Assembly (NCBI GenBank): GCA_032718475.1 | Contig: JAUCBJ010007116.1 | Location: 1 to 64,000, forward strand | Reading direction: 5' to 3' | DNA length: 64,000 nucleotides | DNA from: Nemertoderma westbladi | Lineage: Eukaryota; Animalia; Xenacoelomorpha | Shown: piece after piece, positions 50,601 to 64,000 of the stretch | Numbering within the stretch: position 1 is the stretch's first letter | Layout of the letters: every line of letters starts with the position of its first letter | Notes under the pieces: model-generated | What the model was told of the DNA's origin: nothing | Databases searched by the model: none | The model's input: the letters and a program-made list of their open reading frames with translations, nothing else | Position numbers and translations under genes: made by a program

Positions 50601-53600
50601 ATTGGCTCGGGCGTTATTAAGAATGTATCGCCTCCTGTAACAGTAATGATTGGCTCGGGCGTTATTAAGAATGTAACGCCTCCTGTAACAATAATGATTG
50701 GCTCGGGCGTTATTAAGAATGTATCGCCTCCTGTAACGATAATGATTGGCTCGGGCGTTATTAAGAATGTATCGCCTCCTGTAACGATAATGATTGGCTC
50801 GGGCGTTATTAAGAATGTATCTCCTCCTGTAACAATAATGATTGGCTCGGGCGTTATTAAGAATGTAACGCCTCCTGTAACAATAATGATTGGCTCGGGC
50901 GTTATTAAGAATGTATCGCCTCCTGTAACGATAATGATTGGCTCGGGCGTTATTAAGAATGTATCGCCTCCTGTAACAATAATGATTGGCTCGGGCGTTA
51001 TTAAGAATGTAACGCCTCCTGTAACGATAATGATTGGCTCGGGCGTTATTAAGAATGTATCGCCTCCTGTAACAATAATGATTGGCTCGGGCGTTATTAA
51101 GAATGTATCGCCTCCTGTAACGATAATGATTGGCTCGGGTGTTATTAAGAATGTATCGCCTCCTGTAACAATAATGATTGGTTCGGGCGTTATTAAGAAT
51201 GTAACGCCTCCTGTAACGATAATGATTGGCTTGGGCGTTATAAAGAATGTATCGCCTCCTGTAACAATAATGATTGGCTCGGGCGTTATTAAGAATGTAA
51301 CGCCTCCTGTAACAATAATGATTGGCTCGGGCGTTATTAAGAATGTATCGCCTCCTGTAACGATAATGATTGGCTCGGGCGTTATTAAGAATGTATCGCC
51401 TCCTGTAACGATAATGATTGGCTCGGGCGTTATTAAGAATGTATCTCCTCCTGTAACAATAATGATTGGCTCGGGCGTTATTAAGAATGTAACGCCTCCT
51501 GTAACAATAATGATTGGCTCGGGCGTTATTAAGAATGTATCGCCTCCTGTAACGATAATGATTGGCTCGGGCGTTATTAAGAATGTATCGCCTCCTGTAA
51601 CAATAATGATTGGCTCGGGCGTTATTAAGAATGTAACGCCTCCTGTAACGATAATGATTGGCTCGGGCGTTATTAAGAATGTATCGCCTCCTGTAACAAT
51701 AATGATTGGCTCGGGCGTTATTAAGAATGTATCGCCTCCTGTAACGATAATGATTGGCTCGGGTGTTATTAAGAATGTATCGCCTCCTGTAACAATAATG
51801 ATTGGTTCGGGCGTTATTAAGAATGTAACGCCTCCTGTAACGATAATGATTGGCTCGGGCGTTATTAAGAATGTAACGCCTCCTGTAACAATAATGATTG
51901 GCTCGGGCGTTATTAAGAATGTATCGCCTCCTGTAACAATAATGATTGGCTCGGGCGTTATTAAGAATGTATCGCCTCCTGTAACAATAATGATTGGCTC
52001 GGGCGTTATTAAGAATGTATCGCCTCCTGTAACGATAATGATTGGCTCGGGCGTTATTAAGAATGTATCGCCTCCTGTAACAGTAATGATTGGCTCGGAC
52101 GTTATTAAGAATGTATCGCCTCCTGTAACGATAATGATTGGCTAGGGCGTTATTAAGAATGTATCGCCTCCTGTAACAATAATGATTGGCTTGGGCGTTA
52201 TAAAGAATGTATCGCCTCCTGTAACAATAATGATTGGCTCGGGCGTTATTAAGAATGTATCGCCTCCTGTAACAATAATGATTGGCTCGGGCGTTATTAA
52301 GAATGTATCGCCTCCTGTAACAATAATGATTTTCTCGGGCGTTATTAAGAATGTATCGCCTCCTGTAACAGTAATGATTGGCTCGGACGTTATTAAGAAT
52401 GTATCGCCTCCTGTAACGATAATGATTGGCTCGGGCGTTATTAAGAATGTATCGCCTCCTGTAACAATAATGATTTTCTCGGGCGTTATTAAGAATGTAA
52501 CGCCTCCTGTAACGATAATGATTGGCTCGGTCGTTATTAAGAATGTATCGCCTCCTGTAACAATAATGATTTTCTCGGGCGTTATTAAGAATGTATCGCC
52601 TCCTGTAACAATAATGATTGGCTCGGGCGTTATTAAGAATGTATCGCCTCCTGTAACGATAATGATTGGCTCGGGCGTTATTAAGAATGTATCGCCTCTT
52701 GTAACGATAATGATTGGCTCGGGCGTTATTAAGAATGTATCGCCTCCTGTAACAATAATGATTGGCTCGGGCGTTATTAAGAATGTATCGCCTCCTGTAA
52801 CGATAATGATTGGCTCGGGCGTTATTAAGAATGTATCGCCTCCTGTAACAATAATGATTGGCTCGGGCGTTATTAAGAATGTATCGCCTCCTGTAACAGT
52901 AATGATTGGCTCGGGCGTTATTAAGAATGTAACGCCTCCTGTAACAATAATGATTGGCTCGGGCGTTATTAAGAATGTATCGCCTCCTGTAACGATAATG
53001 ATTGGCTCGGGTGTTATTAAGAATGTATCGCCTCCTGTAACGATAATGATTGGCTCGGGCGTTATTAAGAATGTATCTCCTCCTGTAACAATAATGATTG
53101 GCTCGGGCGTTATTAAGAATGTAACGCCTCCTGTAACAATAATGATTGGCTCGGGCGTTATTAAGAATGTATCGCCTCCTGTAACGATAATGATTGGCTC
53201 GGGCGTTATTAAGAATGTATCGCCTCCTGTAACAATAATGATTGGCTCGGGCGTTATTAAGAATGTAACGCCTCCTGTAACAATAATGATTGGCTCGGGC
53301 GTTATTAAGAATGTATCGCCTCCTGTAACAATAATGATTGGCTCGGGCGTTATTAAGAATGTATCGCCTCCTGTAACGATAATGATTGGCTCGGGTGTTA
53401 TTAAGAATGTATCGCCTCCTGTAACAATAATGATTGGTTCGGGCGTTATTAAGAATGTAACGCCTCCTGTAACGATAATGATTGGCTCGGGCGTTATTAA
53501 GAATGTAACGCCTCCTGTAACAATAATGATTGGCTCGGGCGTTATTAAGAATGTATCGCCTCCTGTAACAATAATGATTGGCTCGGGCGTTATTAAGAAT

Positions 53601-56600
53601 GTATCGCCTCCTGTAACAATAATGATTGGCTCGGGCGTTATTAAGAATGTATCGCCTCCTGTAACAATAATGATTGGCTCGGGCGTTATTAAGAATGTAT
53701 CGCCTCCTGTAACAGTAATGATTGGCTCGGGCGTTATTAAGAATGTATCGCCTCCTGTAACGATAATGATTGGCTCGGGCGTTATTAAGAATGTATCGCC
53801 TCCTGTAACGATAATGAAAGGCTCGGGCGTTATTAAGAATGTATCGCCTCCTGTAACAATAATGATTGGCTCGGGCGTTATTAAGAATGTATCGCCTCCT
53901 GTAACAATAATGGTTGGCTCGGGCGTTATTAAGAATGTATCGCCTCCTGTAACAATAATGATTGGCTCGGGCGTTATTAAGAATGTATCGCCTCCTGTAA
54001 CAATAATGGTTGGCTCGGGCGTTATTAAGAATGTATCGCCTCCTGTAACGATAATGATTGGCTCGGGCGTTATTAAGAATGTATCGCCTCCTGTAACAAT
54101 AATGATTGGCTCGGGCGTTATTAAGAATGTATCGCCTCCTGTAACAATAATGGTTGGCTCGGGCGTTATTAAGAATGTATCGCCTCCTGTAACAATAATG
54201 ATTGGCTCGGGCGTTATTAAGAATGTATCGCCTCCTGTAACAATAATGGTTGGCTCGGGCGTTATTAAGAATGTATCGCCTCCTGTAACAGTAATGATTG
54301 GCTCGGGCGTTATTAAGAATGTATCGCCTCCTGTAACAATAATGATTGGCTCGGGCGTTATTAAGAATGTAACGCCTCCTGTAACAATAATGATTGGCTC
54401 GGGCGTTATTAAGAATGTATCGCCTCCTGTAACAATAATGATTGGCTCGGGCGTTATTAAGAATGTATCGCCTCCTGTAACAATAATGATTGGCTGGGCG
54501 TTATTAAGAATGTATCGCCTCCTGTAACAATAATGATTGGCTCGGGCGTTATTAAGAATGTATCGCCTCCTGTAACAATAATGAAGGGCTCGGGCGTTAT
54601 TAAGAATGTATCGCCTCCTGTAACAATAATGATTGGCTCGGGCGTTATTAAGAATGTATCGCCTCCTGTAACAATAATGATTGGCTCGGGCGTTATTAAG
54701 AATGTATCGCCTCCTGTAACAATAATGATTGGCTCGGGCGTTATTAAGAATGTATCGCCTCCTGTAACAATAATGATTGGCTCGGGCGTTATTAAGAATG
54801 TATCGACTCCTGTAACAATAATGAAGGGCTCGGGCGTTATTAAGAATGTATCGCCTCCTGTAACGATAATGATTGGCTCGGGCGTTATTAAGAATGTAAC
54901 GCCTCCTGTAACAATAATGATTGGCTCGGGCGTTATTAAGAATGTATCGCCTCCTGTAACGATAATGATTGGCTCGGCCGTTATTAAGAATGTAACGCCT
55001 CCTGTAACAATAATGATTGGCTCGGGCGTTATTAAGAATGTATCGCCTCCTGTAACAATAATGATTGGCTCGGGCGTTATTAAGAATGTATCGCCTCCTG
55101 TAACGATAATGGTTGGCTCGGGCGTTATTAAGAATGTATCGCCTCCTGTAACAATAATGATTGGCTCGGGCGTTATTAAGAATGTATCGCCTCCTGTAAC
55201 GATAATGATTGGCTCGGGCGTTATTAAGAATGTATCGCCTCCTGTAACAATAATGATTGGCTCGGGCGTTATTAAGAATGTATCGCCTCCTGTAACAATA
55301 ATGATTGGCTCGGGCGTTATTAAGAATGTATCGCCTCCTGTAACAATAATGATTGGCTCGGGCGTTATTAAGAATGTATCGCCTCCTGTAACGATAATGG
55401 TTGGCTCGGGCGTTATTAAGAATGTATCGCCTCCTGTAACAATAATGATTGGCTCGGGCGTTATTAAGAATGTATCGCCTCCTGTAACGATAATGATTGG
55501 CTCGGCCGTTATTAAGAATGTATCGCCTCCTGTAACAATAATGATTGGCTCGGGCGTTATTAAGAATGTATCGCCTCCTGTAACAATAATGATTGGTTCG
55601 GGCGTTATTAAGAATGTATCGCCTCCTGTAACAATAATGATTGGCTCGGGCGTTATTAAGAATGTATCGCCTCCTGTAACGATAATGATTGGCTCGGGCG
55701 TTATTAAGAATGTATCGCCTCCTGTAACAATAATGATTGGCTCGGCCGTTATTAAGAATGTATCGCCTCCTGTAACAATAATGATTGGCTCGGGCGTTAT
55801 TAAGAATGTATCGCCTCCTGTAACAATAATGATTGGCTCGGGCGTTATTAAGAATGTATCGCCTCCTGTAACAATAATGATTGGCTCGGGCGTTATTAAG
55901 AATGTATCGCCTCCTGTAACAATAATGATTGGCTCGGGCGTTATTAAGAATGTAACGCCTCCTGTAACGATAATGATTGGCTCGGGCGTTATTAAGAATG
56001 TAACGCCTCCTGTAACAATAATGATTGGTTCGGGCGTTATTAAGAATGTATCGCCTCCTGTAACAATAATGATTGGCTCGGGCGTTATTAAGAATGTATC
56101 GCCTCCTGTAACAATAATGATTGGCTGGGCGTTATTAAGAATGTATCGCCTCCTGTAACAATAATGATTGGCTGGGCGTTATTAAGAATGTATCGCCTCC
56201 TGTAACAATAATGATTGGCTCGGGCGTTATTAAGAATGTATCGCCTCCTGTAACAATAATGATTGGCTGGGCGTTATTAAGAATGTATCGCCTCCTGTAA
56301 CAATAATGATTGGCTCGGGCGTTATTAAGAATGTATCGCCTCCTGTAACAATAATGATTGGCTCGGGCGTTATTAAGAATGTATCGCCTCCTGTAACAAT
56401 AATGATTGGCTCGGGCGTTATTAAGAATGTATCGCCTCCTGTAACGATAATGATTGGCTCGGGCGTTATTAAGAATGTATCGCCTCCTGTAACAATAATG
56501 ATTGGCTCGGGCGTTATTAAGAATGTATCGCCTCCTGTAACAATAATGATTGGCTGGGCGTTATTAAGAATGTATCGCCTCCTGTAACAATAATGATTGG

Positions 56601-58704
56601 CTCGGGCGTTATTAAGAATGTATCGCCTCCTGTAACAATAATGATTGGCTCGGGCGTTATTAAGAATGTATCGCCTCCTGTAACAATAATGATTGGCTCG
56701 GGCGTTATTAAGAATGTATCGCCTCCTGTAACGATAATGATTGGCTCGGGCGTTATTAAGAATGTATCGCCTCCTGTAACAATAATGATTGGCTCGGGCG
56801 TTATTAAGAATGTATCGCCTCCTGTAACAATAATGATTGGCTCGGGCGTTATTAAGAATGTATCGCCTCCTGTAACAATAATGATTGGTTCGGGCGTTAT
56901 TAAGAATGTATCGCCTCCTGTAACAATAATGATTGGCTCGGGCGTTATTAAGAATGTATCTCCTCCTGTAACAATAATGATTGGCTCGGGCGTTATTAAG
57001 AATGTATCGCCTCCTGTAACAATAATGATTGGCTCGGGCGTTATTAAGAATGTATCGCCTCCTGTAACAATAATGATTGGCTCGGGCGTTATTAAGAATG
57101 TAACGCCTCCTGTAACAATAATGATTGGTTCGGGCGTTATTAAGAATGTATCGCCTCCTGTAACAATAATGATTGGCTCGGGCGTTATTAAGAATGTAAC
57201 GCCTCCTGTAACAATAATGATTGGCTCGGGCGTTATTAAGAATGTATCGCCTCCTGTAACGATAATGATTGGCTCGGGCGTTATTAAGAATGTAACGCCT
57301 CCTGTAACAATAATGATTGGTTCGGGCGTTATTAAGAATGTAACGCCTCCTGTAACAATAATGAAGGGCTCGGGCGTTATTAAGAATGTATCGCCTCCTG
57401 TAACAATAATGATTGGCTCGGGCGTTATTAAGAATGTATCGCCTCCTGTAACAATAATGATTGGCTCGGGCGTTATTAAGAATGTAACGCCTCCTGTAAC
57501 AATAATGATTGGTTCGGGCGTTATTAAGAATGTATCGCCTCCTGTAACAATAATGATTGGCTCGGGCGTTATTAAGAATGTATCGCCTCCTGTAACAATA
57601 ATGATTGGTTCGGGCGTTATTAAGAATGTAACGCCTCCTGTAACAATAATGATTGGTTCGGGCGTTATTAAGAATGTATCGCCTCCTGTAACAATAATGA
57701 TTTTCTCGGGCGTTATTAAGAATGTATCGCCTCCTGTAACAATAATGATTGGCTCGGGCGTTATTAAGAATGTAACGCCTCCTGTAACAATAATGATTGG
57801 TTCGGGCGTTATTAAGAATGTATCGCCTCCTGTAACAATAATGATTGGCTCGGGCGTTATTAAGAATGTATCGCCTCCTGTAACAATAATGATTGGCTCG
57901 GGCGTTATTAAGAATGTATCGCCTCCTGTAACAATAATGGTTGGCTCGGGTGTTATTAAGAATGTATCGCCTCATGTAACAATAATGATTGGCTCGGGCG
58001 TTATTAAGAATGTATCGCCTCCTGTAACAATAATGATTGGCTCGGGCGTTATTAAGAATGTATCGCCTCCTGTAACAATAATGATTGGCTCGGGCGTTAT
58101 TAAGAATGTATCGCCTCCTGTAACAATAATGGTTGGCTCGGGTGTTATTAAGAATGTATCGCCTCATGTAACAATAATGATTGGCTCGGGCGTTATTAAG
58201 AATGTATCGCCTCCTGTAACAATAATGATTGGCTCGGGCGTTATTAAGAATGTAACGCCTCCTGTAACAGTAATGATTGGCTCGGGCGTTATTAAGAATG
58301 TATCGCCTCCTGTAACAATAATGATTGGCTCGGGCGTTATTAAGAATGTATCGCCTCCTGTAACAATAATGATTGGCTCGGGCGTTATTAAGAATGTATC
58401 GCCTCCTGTAACAATAATGATTGGCTCGGGCGTTATTAAGAATGTATCGCCTCCTGTAACGATAATGATTGGCTCGGGCGTTATTAAGAATGTATCGCCT
58501 CCTGTAACGATAATGATTGGCTCGGGCGTTATTAAGAATGTATCGCCTCCTGTAACAATAATGATTGGCTCGGGCGTTATTAAGAATGTATCGCCTCCTG
58601 TAACAATAATGATTTTCTCGGGCGTTATTAAGAATGTATCGCCTCCTGTAACAATAATGATTGGCTCGGGCGTTATTAAGAATGTATCGCCTCCTGTAAC
58701 GATA
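32613..58704. repeat. 48-bp tandem array, ~500 copies, interrupted by a LINE
   Basis: Unit ataatgattggctcgggcgttattaagaatgtatcgcctcctgtaaca; recurrent variants include a 47-bp unit (ggctgggc). Confidence 0.98.
45393..47152 (-). mobile_element. Young 5'-truncated RTE-type LINE inserted in the 48-bp array
   Basis: Nearly identical to the full-length copy with RT frame intact; 11-bp TSD GGGCGTTATTA at 45382-45392 and 47153-47163. Confidence 0.95.
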
Positions 58705-58839
58705 AAACTAACGCGGTATTCCTATGGAATATACCTCATTTAACAATATATGGCTGCTTTTTATAACTTATTATTTTTATTTTTTTATTTTTACATTAAA
58801 GTACATCATGTATTAATTATGTAAAGTAAAATAACACGT

Positions 58840-61800
58840 CAATGTTTATTTGATAAGGAATGCCGACAATGTTTATTGGATAAGGAATGCCGACGATGTT
58901 TATTGGATAAGGAATGCCGACGATGTTTATTGGATAAGGAATACCGACGATGTTTATTGGATAAGGAATACCGACGATGTTTATTGGATAAGGAATGCCG
59001 ACGATGTTTATTGGATAAGGAATGCCGACGATGTTTATTGGATAAGGAATACCGACGATGTTTATTGGATAAGGAATACCGACGATGTTTATTGGATAAG
59101 GAATACCGACGATGTTTATTGGATAAGGAATGCCGACGATGTTTATTGGATAAGGAATGCCGACGATGTTTATTGGATAAGGAATGCCGACGATGTTTAT
59201 TGGATAAGGAATACCGACGATGTTTATTGGATAAGGAATACCGACGATGTTTATTGGATAAGGAATACCGACGATGTTTATTGGATAAGGAATGCCGACG
59301 ATGTTTATTGGATAAGGAATGCCGACGATGTTTATTGGATAAGGAATGCCGACGATGTTTATTGGATTAGGAATACCGACGATGTTTATTGGATAAGGAA
59401 TACCGACGATGTTTATTGGATAAAGAATACCGACGATGTTTATTTGATAAGGAATGCCGACGATGTTTATTGGATAAGGAATGCCGACGATATTTATTGG
59501 ATAAGGAATACCGACGATGTTTATTGGATAAGGAATGCCGACGATGTTTATTGGATAAGGAATACCGACGATGTTTATTTGATAAGGAATGCCGACGATG
59601 TTTATTGGATAAGGAATGCCGACGATGTTTATTGGATAAGGAATACCGACGATGTTTATTGGATAAGGAATGCCGACGTTGTTTTTTGGATAAGGAATAC
59701 CGACGATGTTTATTGGATAAGGAATACCGACGATGTTTATTGGATAAGGAATGCCGACGTTGTTTTTTGGATAAGGAATACCGACGATGTTTATTGGATA
59801 AGGAATACCGACGATGTTTATTGGATAAGGAATACCGACGATGTTTATTGGATAAGGAATGCCGACGATGTTTATTGGATAAGGAATACCGACAATGTTT
59901 ATTGGATTAGGAATACCGACGATGTTTATTGGATAAGGAATGCCGACGATGTTTATTGGATAAGGAATACCGACGATGTTTATTGGATAAGGAATGCCGA
60001 CGTTGTTTATTGGATAAGGAATGCCGACGATGTTTATTGGATAAGGAATACCGACGATGTTTATTTGATAAGGAATGCCGACGATGTTTATTGGATAAGG
60101 AATGCCGACGATGTTTATTGGATAAGGAATACCGACGATGTTTATTGGATAAGGAATACCGACGATGTTTATTGGATAAGGAATGCCGACGTTGTTTTTT
60201 GGATAAGGAATACCGACGATGTTTATTGGATAAGGAATACCGACGATGTTTATTGGATAAGGAATGCCGACGTTGTTTTTTGGATAAGGAATACCGACGA
60301 TGTTTATTGGATAAGGAATACCGACGATGTTTATTGGATAAGGAATACCGACGATGTTTATTGGATAAGGAATGCCGACGATGTTTATTGGATAAGGAAT
60401 ACCGACAATGTTTATTGGATTAGGAATACCGACGATGTTTATTGGATAAGGAATGCCGACGATGTTTATTGGATATGGAATACCGACGATGTTTATTGGA
60501 TAAGGAATGCCGACGTTGTTTTTTGGATAAGGAATACCGACGATGTTTATTGGATAAGGAATACCGACGATGTTTATTGGATAAGGAATACCGACGATGT
60601 TTATTGGATAAGGAATGCCGACGATGTTTATTGGATAAGGAATACCGACAATGTTTATTGGATTAGGAATACCGACGATGTTTATTGGATAAGGAATGCC
60701 GACGATGTTTTTTGGATAAGGAATACCAACGATGTTTATTGGATAAGGAATGCCGACGATGTTTATTGGATAAGGAATACCGACGATGTTTATTGGATAA
60801 GGAATGTCGACGATGTTTATTGGATAAGGAATGCCGACGATGTTTATTGGATAAGGAATACCGACGATGTTTATTTGATAAGGAATACCGACGATGTTTA
60901 TTGGATAAGGAATGCCGACGATGTTTTTTGGATAAGGAATACCGAAGATGTTTATTGGATAAGGAATACCGACAATGTTTATTGGATAAGGAATACCGAC
61001 GATGTTTATTGGATAAGGAATGCCGACGATGTTTATTGGATAAGGAATACCGACAATGTTTATTTGATAAGGAATACCGACGATGTTTATTGGATAAGGA
61101 ATGCCGACGATGTTTATTGGATAAGGAATACCGACGATGTTTATTGGATAAAGAATGCCGACGATGTTTATTGGATAAGGAATACCGACGATGTTTATTG
61201 GATAAGGAATGCCGACGATGTTTATTGGATAAGGAATACCGACGATGTTCATTGGATAAGGAATGCCGACGATGTTTATTGGATAAGGAATACCGACGAT
61301 GTTTATTGGATAAGGAATGCCGACGATGTTTATTGGATAAGGAATACCGACAATGTTTATTTGATAAGGAATACCGACGATGTTTATTGGATAAGGAATG
61401 CCGACGATGTTTATTGGATAAGGAATACCGACGATGTTTATTTGATAAGGAATACCGACGATGTTTATTGGATAAGGAATGCCGACGATGTTTATTGGAT
61501 AAGGAATACCGACGATGTTTATTGGAAAAGGAATGCCGACTATATTTATTGGATAAGGAATGCCGACTATATTTATTGGATAAGGAATGCCGACGATGTT
61601 TATTGGATAAGGAATGCCGACGATGTTTATTGGATAAGGAATACCGACGATGTTTATTGGATAAGGAATGCCGACGATGTTTATTGGATAAGGAATACCG
61701 ACGATGTTTATTGGATAAGGAATGCCGACGATGTTTATTGGATAAGGAATACCGACGATGTTTATTGGATAAGGAATGCCGACGATATTTATTGGATAAG

Positions 61801-64000
61801 GAATACCGACGATGTTTATTGGATAAGGAATGCCGACGATGTTTATTGGATAAGGAATACCGACGATGTTTATTGGATAAAGAATACCGACGATGTTTAT
61901 TGGATAAGGAATACCGACGATGTTTATTGGATAAGGAATACCGACAATGTTTATTGGATAAGGAATGCCGACGATGTTTATTGGATAAGGAATACCGACG
62001 ATGTTTATTGGATAAGGAATACCGACAATGTTTATTTGATAAGGAATACCGACGATGTTTATTGGATAAGGAATGCCGACAATGTTTATTGGATAAGGAA
62101 TGCCGACGATGTTTATTGGATAAGGAATACCGACGATGTTTATTGGATAAGGAATACCGACAATGTTTATTTGATAAGGAATACCGACGATGTTTATTGG
62201 ATAAGGAATGCCGACGATGTTTATTGGATAAGGAATACCGACGATGTTTATTGGATAAGGAATGCCGACGTTGTTTATTGGATAAGGAATGCCGACGATG
62301 TTTATTGGATAAGGAATACCGACGATGTTTATTTGATAAGGAATGCCGACGATGTTTATTGGATAAGGAATGCCGACGATGTTTATTGGATAAGGAATAC
62401 CGACGATGTTTATTGGATAAGGAATACCGACGATGTTTATTGGATAAGGAATGCCGACGTTGTTTTTTGGATAAGGAATACCGACGATGTTTATTGGATA
62501 AGGAATACCGACGATGTTTATTGGATAAGGAATGCCGACGTTGTTTTTTGGATAAGGAATACCGACGATGTTTATTGGATAAGGAATACCGACGATGTTT
62601 ATTGGATAAGGAATACCAACGATGTTTATTGGATAAGGAATGCCGACGATGTTTATTGGATAAGGAATACCGACAATGTTTATTGGATTAGGAATACCGA
62701 CGATGTTTATTGGATAAGGAATGCCGACGATGTTTATTGGATAAGGAATACCGACGATGTTTATTGGATAAGGAATGCCGACGTTGTTTTTTGGATAAGG
62801 AATACCGACGATGTTTATTGGATAAGGAATACCGACGATGTTTATTGGATAAGGAATGCCGACGTTGTTTTTTGGATAAGGAATACCGACGATGTTTATT
62901 GGATAAGGAATACCGACGATGTTTATTGGATAAGGAATGCCGACGTTGTTTTTTGGATAAGGAATACCGACGATGTTTATTGGATAAGGAATACCGACGA
63001 TGTTTATTGGATAAGGAATGCCGACGATGTTTATTGGATAAGGAATGCCGACGATATTTATTGGATAAGGAATACCGACGATGTTTACTGGATAAGGAAT
63101 ACCGACGATGTTTATTGGATAAGGAATACCGACAATGTTTATTGGATAAGGAATGCCGACGATGTTTATTGGATAAGGAATACCGACGATGTTTATTGGA
63201 TAAGGAATACCGACAATGTTTATTTGATAAGGAATACCGACGATGTTTATTGGATAAGGAATGCCGACGATGTTTATTGGATAAGGAATACCGACGATGT
63301 TTATTGGATAAGGAATGCCGACGATGTTTATTGGATAAGGAATACCGACGATGTTTATTGGATAAGGAATGCCGACGATGTTTATTGGATAAGGAATACC
63401 GACGATGTTTATTGGATAAGGAATACCGACGATGTTTATTTGATAAGGAATACCGACGATGTTTATTGGATAAAGAATACCGACGATGTTTATTGGATAA
63501 AGAATACCGACGATGTTTATTTGATAAGGAATACCGACGATGTTTATTGGATAAGGAATGCCGACGATGTTTATTGGATAAGGAATACCGACGATGTTTA
63601 TTTGATAAGGAATACCGACGATGTTTATTGGATAAGGAATGCCGACGATGTTTATTGGATAAGGAATACCGACGATGTTTATTGGATAAGGAATGCCGAC
63701 GATGTTTATTGGATAAGGAATACCGACGATGTTTATTTGATAAGGAATACCGACGATGTTTATTGGATAAGGAATGCCGACGATGTTTATTGGATAAGGA
63801 ATACCGACGATGTTTATTGGATAAGGAATACCGACGATGTTTATTTGATAAGGAATACCGACGATGTTTATTGGATAAGGAATGCCGACGATGTTTATTG
63901 GATAAGGAATACCGACGATGTTTATTTGATAAGGAATACCGACGATGTTTATTGGATAAGGAATGCCGACGATGTTTATTGGATAAGGAATACCGACGAT
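58840..64000. repeat. 27-bp tandem array, ~190 copies in the window, running off the edge
   Basis: Unit ggataaggaat(a/g)ccgacgatgtttatt. Confidence 0.98.

Noticed and set aside
32685-62691. Long repetitive ORFs (MIGSGVIKNVSPPVTI, LITPEPIIIVTGGDTF, INIVGIPYP, DKEYRRCLL) as proteins
   Set aside because: By-products of 3n stop-free units; open in several frames, and broken by 47-bp units, stops and a LINE.
32613-64000. CRISPR array or telomeric repeat
   Set aside because: No unique spacers or cas genes, eukaryotic context, and units are not telomere-like.

Overview
Animal (probably invertebrate) nuclear DNA, not prokaryotic. The first ~32 kb holds the 5' half of a BEL/Pao LTR retrotransposon abutting a 51-bp minisatellite, three intronless CDSs (TBCE, a class I GLUT/SLC2A, an SLC6 amino-acid transporter), a small secreted Cys-rich gene, four copies of one RTE-type LINE (one full length and intact; a fifth lies in the 48-bp array), a tRNA-derived SINE and piggyBac-like non-autonomous elements. 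The second half is a ~26 kb 48-bp array and a >5 kb 27-bp array. The main observation is that these arrays look like the amplified ends of one intron of a minus-strand gene encoding a PPxY/PDZ-motif protein. Each 48-bp unit carries the 3' splice site plus the first ~35 nt of the exon (~500 copies). Each 27-bp unit carries a phase-compatible candidate 5' splice site, which is less certain. The 48-bp array also records a LINE insertion with TSD, higher-order repeats and a TA-GGCC-TA insertion resembling a transposon footprint.
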